Shown one piece after another: positions 61,030 through 64,000 of a stretch of DNA of 64,000 bases. Numbering within the stretch: position 1 is the first letter of the stretch; each line of letters begins with the position of its first letter. This DNA is from Candidatus Heimdallarchaeum aukensis. GTDB taxonomy: Archaea; Asgardarchaeota; Heimdallarchaeia; Heimdallarchaeales; Heimdallarchaeaceae. The translations under genes and the position numbers were made by a program. Under the pieces are notes generated by a model. It had not been told where the DNA came from, did no database searches, and worked only from the letters and a program-made list of their open reading frames with translations. The stretch is from NCBI GenBank assembly GCA_021513695.1, contig CP084166.1, positions 3,008,001 through 3,072,000 of the forward strand, in the 5' to 3' direction.

Positions 61030-61065
61030 AAAATAATAAAGAAAGAAGATTCTTGTTAATTAGGA

Positions 61066-61917
61066 ATGATTCATTTAGTAGCTTTTCAGAATCTTGACAG
61101 TGGTATAGGTTATCCTATTTACAGCGACGATACAATAAATGTCAGTTTAGAATTAATCTTTCCCATGATTAGTGCTTTGAACAACTTTGTAGAAGAATGT
61201 ACAAATGATGAACGAGGATTAGTCAATGCTGCTCTAGAAGATGTAAAGATTTTTTTGTATGCCCCTGAAGGCGAAGAGAACCCACTGAGATATGTTTTTT
61301 TTACAGATATATTCGATGATAATCTCTATTTAAGTTATAAGGCAGTAGAAATACACAAACATCTTTCTCCTTATATAAAATATGATTATTTTTCAATACC
61401 TGAGGAAAAAGCAAAGAAAATCACAGAAATTATCACCTTTACGCACGAATTCCCTAGAAAAGAATTATCCAATTATTTCTTGAGTGAGGTAGAGAATAAG
61501 ATAAAGAGTTATGAGAAAAATAAAGAAGTCTTCTTTGGAGATCTCTTTATTGGAGATCTGGACCAAGGGATTGTTTTGTCTTTCTTTGAGAATGATGAAA
61601 TTAAAGAGAAACCGAGTAAAGAGTTGTTTTCAGAATTAATTCAAACTTTCACCTTTCTTGAAAACGATTTATGGGCAAATTCTTCTATTAACGAAATAGA
61701 AAAAGATAAGCTTTCTAAATATGTAGAAAACCCTGATAAATTCAGAGAAGGCTGGTTTCTTTCTCAACTTGCTAGTTATAATAAGAGTGACTTTTGGTTA
61801 GTAGGTTATTTTGTCTACAGGACTGATATGGAACAAGAAGTAAAGGAGTTCTTATATTCACTATCAGAAAAAATTACTTCTATTATTTCTCCTTTTATAA
61901 CCAAAAGAAAATTCTAA
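61066..61917 (+). CDS. Hypothetical protein (283 aa)
   Basis: An ORF only; no family recognised. Confidence 0.35.
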   Translation: MIHLVAFQNLDSGIGYPIYSDDTINVSLELIFPMISALNNFVEECTNDERGLVNAALEDVKIFLYAPEGEENPLRYVFFTDIFDDNLYLSYKAVEIHKHLSPYIKYDYFSIPEEKAKKITEIITFTHEFPRKELSNYFLSEVENKIKSYEKNKEVFFGDLFIGDLDQGIVLSFFENDEIKEKPSKELFSELIQTFTFLENDLWANSSINEIEKDKLSKYVENPDKFREGWFLSQLASYNKSDFWLVGYFVYRTDMEQEVKEFLYSLSEKITSIISPFITKRKF

Positions 61918-62047
61918 ATGGATTTTTTTATTCCAATTATTTCATTTTTGTTCAAAAATAAAATGCTGTAAAACAATTATCTTTATTAATTCTTATATTT
62001 AGAGTGAATTATAGAGGTAAAGGTACTATTATTTTAAGTGAAGAATA

Positions 62048-64000
62048 ATGACTAAAGATAGAAAAGAGACCGACATTTCTAAATTCAATAATGATGATAC
62101 AAAAAATAAAAGTGGAAAGGAGCAAGTATTAGAAAAAGAAGAACCTCTTTTAGATATTTCATTCAATGATACTTCAGAAATATCTGTTCCTCCGAGACTA
62201 ATTGATCAAGTGATAGGTCAAGATGAAGCTGTTGAAATAATAAAAAAGGCTGCTTTGCAAAAAAGGCATGTCATGCTCATTGGGGATCCTGGAACAGGAA
62301 AGAGTATGTTAGGTCAAGCAATGGCAGAGCTTTTACCCAAAGAAGATCTTGTAGATATTCTTTGTTTACCTAATCCTAAATACCCAAATCAACCTAGAAT
62401 TGCTACTCTTCCAGCAGGGCATGGAACAAGAAAAGTTCAGATGGATACAGAGTTGGCTCGAAAGAAGGGTAATAAGAGATTTGTGGTTTCTTTATTCATT
62501 TTAATTGCTATAATTGGTTACGCTATTATTGCTACATCCTCTAGACCTGATTTACAACCTCAAACTCTTTTAATGGCAATGTTTGTAGGGTTCTTCATAT
62601 TCTTCATGCTCAATCAATCCAGATCAAGACCAGAAGCACTAATACCAAAATTATTAGTTGATAATAGTAATAGCAAAAGAGCACCATTCAATGATGCAAC
62701 AGGAAGCCACGCAGGAGCCTTACTTGGCGATGTACGTCACGATCCGTTTCAAAGCTTTTTAAGCGGAAATATTAAGATTTTTGAAGGAAATGGTCTGACT
62801 GAAGTCAACATTAAGGAATATGCAGATAAGCTATTTGAAAAGTATAGCAACAGGATTGTAAAAGACAAATCCAACAATTATGAAGCCATTTTTCTAGAAA
62901 AACCTATTAGAGTGATTGGTGAAGAAAAAGGACAATTAATTTCTGCTGATGTTTTATCTGTTAATAGGTATGAATATAGTGATTATGCAGTAGAAATAGA
63001 GATAGAAAATGGCAAAAAAGTAGCTGTTACACCTGAACATCGGATATTCGTACAAAATGAGAACGGATATATGATCGAAAAACCTGCAATGAAATTAAAA
63101 AAAGGAGAAAGAATAGTGTCTATTGATAATGAGATTATTATTGATGGAGAAGATATTGCATCTACATTTGGCGAAAATGATCTAAAACAGTATCTTCTCT
63201 ATAAAAGATTTTTAGAAGTTAGAAAACTTCATCCTACGTGGGGATATAAGCGAATTTCCAAGTTTTTAGGAGAAAAAAGCAGTAAAACAAGATGGTGGTA
63301 TGAAGAAAAGCATATACCTAAAGCTCAAAGAACTATAAATTGGCTTGAAAATAAAGGATTACTTCCATTAAAAATTAGTAATTCTAAATTACTTTTGATT
63401 GCCAAAGTTTTGGGTGCTTTATTTGGTGATGGAGGAATATTTGAAAACTTAAATGGCATATTTTTATCAAGTTCAGAATTAGAATCTGTCAAGGAATTTC
63501 AATCCGACATTGAGAAAATTTTTGATTTAGATGAAAATGAGTTTGGAAGGATTATTGAAGGTGGTGAAAAAGGTCATTCTTGGTGCTACCAAAACACTAA
63601 CCGAGCCATAGTTAGATTTTTTTTGGCACTTGGTGCTCCAAAGGGTAAAAAAACTGAACAACCTTTGTATGTTCCAGCTTGGATTTATACTGATGATGCA
63701 GTTGAAGAAGAGTTCTTTAGTTCATTTTTAGGAAGTGAGATAGGAGTACCCAAGGTACACATTTCTGGTATAAGGCTACAAACATTTGATCTAGCAATCA
63801 CTGGAAAAAAAGAACTGTCTAAGAACAGACTAGAATTTTTGAATCAAGTTATACAATTCTTGGAAAAAAGGGGCGTAAAATGCAATAATGTACGAGTCTA
63901 CGATACTCCCAACAAGAGGTATTACAAATACAGATTATTCATATCTACACAATTTTCAAATGTGTATCAGTTTTCTAAAGAAATTAAATTAAATTACTGT
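62048..64000 (+). CDS. lon: Archaeal membrane-bound Lon protease (LonB), 5' partial, interrupted by an intein; runs off the window end
   Basis: AAA+ Walker A LIGDPGTGKSMLGQA, a TM insertion (FVVSLFILIAIIGYAIIATS), and the conserved LGDVRHDPFQ segment after which the intein begins. There is no stop codon before 64000. Confidence 0.85.
   Translation, partial: MTKDRKETDISKFNNDDTKNKSGKEQVLEKEEPLLDISFNDTSEISVPPRLIDQVIGQDEAVEIIKKAALQKRHVMLIGDPGTGKSMLGQAMAELLPKEDLVDILCLPNPKYPNQPRIATLPAGHGTRKVQMDTELARKKGNKRFVVSLFILIAIIGYAIIATSSRPDLQPQTLLMAMFVGFFIFFMLNQSRSRPEALIPKLLVDNSNSKRAPFNDATGSHAGALLGDVRHDPFQSFLSGNIKIFEGNGLTEVNIKEYADKLFEKYSNRIVKDKSNNYEAIFLEKPIRVIGEEKGQLISADVLSVNRYEYSDYAVEIEIENGKKVAVTPEHRIFVQNENGYMIEKPAMKLKKGERIVSIDNEIIIDGEDIASTFGENDLKQYLLYKRFLEVRKLHPTWGYKRISKFLGEKSSKTRWWYEEKHIPKAQRTINWLENKGLLPLKISNSKLLLIAKVLGALFGDGGIFENLNGIFLSSSELESVKEFQSDIEKIFDLDENEFGRIIEGGEKGHSWCYQNTNRAIVRFFLALGAPKGKKTEQPLYVPAWIYTDDAVEEEFFSSFLGSEIGVPKVHISGIRLQTFDLAITGKKELSKNRLEFLNQVIQFLEKRGVKCNNVRVYDTPNKRYYKYRLFISTQFSNVYQFSKEIKLNYC
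62753..64000 (+). other. Intein (Hint domain with LAGLIDADG homing endonuclease) inserted in lonB after the DPFQ motif; its C-terminal end is outside the window
   Basis: Starts with Ser (SFLSGNIKIF, block A-like). Block B is VAVTPEHRIFV. LAGLIDADG-type block LLIAKVLGALFGDGGIFEN. Confidence 0.7.

Noticed and set aside
256-61036. Numerous 60-135 aa ORFs antisense to long genes (for example 256-510, 3016-3207, 4136-4378, 12406-12603, 16212-16592, 24934-25269, 42972-43364, 45033-45284, 50827-51234, 51448-51873 and 60176-61036)
   Set aside because: They are fully embedded in and antisense to well-supported CDSs, with low-complexity or Ser/Pro/Ile-rich translations typical of AT-rich antisense frames.

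Overview
This is a low-GC (~30%) archaeal chromosomal segment with no SD-rich bacterial signatures. Gene content suggests an Asgard/Lokiarchaeota-like genome: a Rab/Ras-like small GTPase, a RING-like zinc finger, MetAP2 with a eukaryote-like charged N-terminus, a LonB intein, and many bacterial-type genes including DegV and a class II nucleotidyltransferase.

Identifiable content:
- Informational genes: TFB, archaeal/eukaryotic-type GlyRS, a 48-aa RpoP gene that the ORF track missed, aSUI1, and the start of a LonB protease interrupted by a LAGLIDADG intein.
- A pyrimidine cluster: pyrD-pyrK-pyrC-pyrF on the minus strand and pyrE on the plus strand.
- An electron-bifurcating ETF cluster, fixA-fixB-fixC-fixX.
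- Four DegV paralogs plus HAD hydrolases.
- glpK, a GT2 glycosyltransferase, M48, M42 and S9 peptidases, a TldD/PmbA pair and Dus.
- A TetR-controlled MacB-like ABC system.
- A solitary GC-rich TnpB (IS200/605 family) with a probable downstream omega-RNA.
- A candidate C/D box sRNA.

The most striking structure is a near-perfect ~4.86 kb tandem direct duplication (33034-37888 and 37889-42747). It carries metAP2, a 407-aa alpha-helical gene, a 231-aa hypothetical gene, fixX and fixC. The only difference I found is a single 1-nt indel, which frameshifts the 407-aa gene in copy 1.

I found no CRISPR array, rRNA or tRNA.
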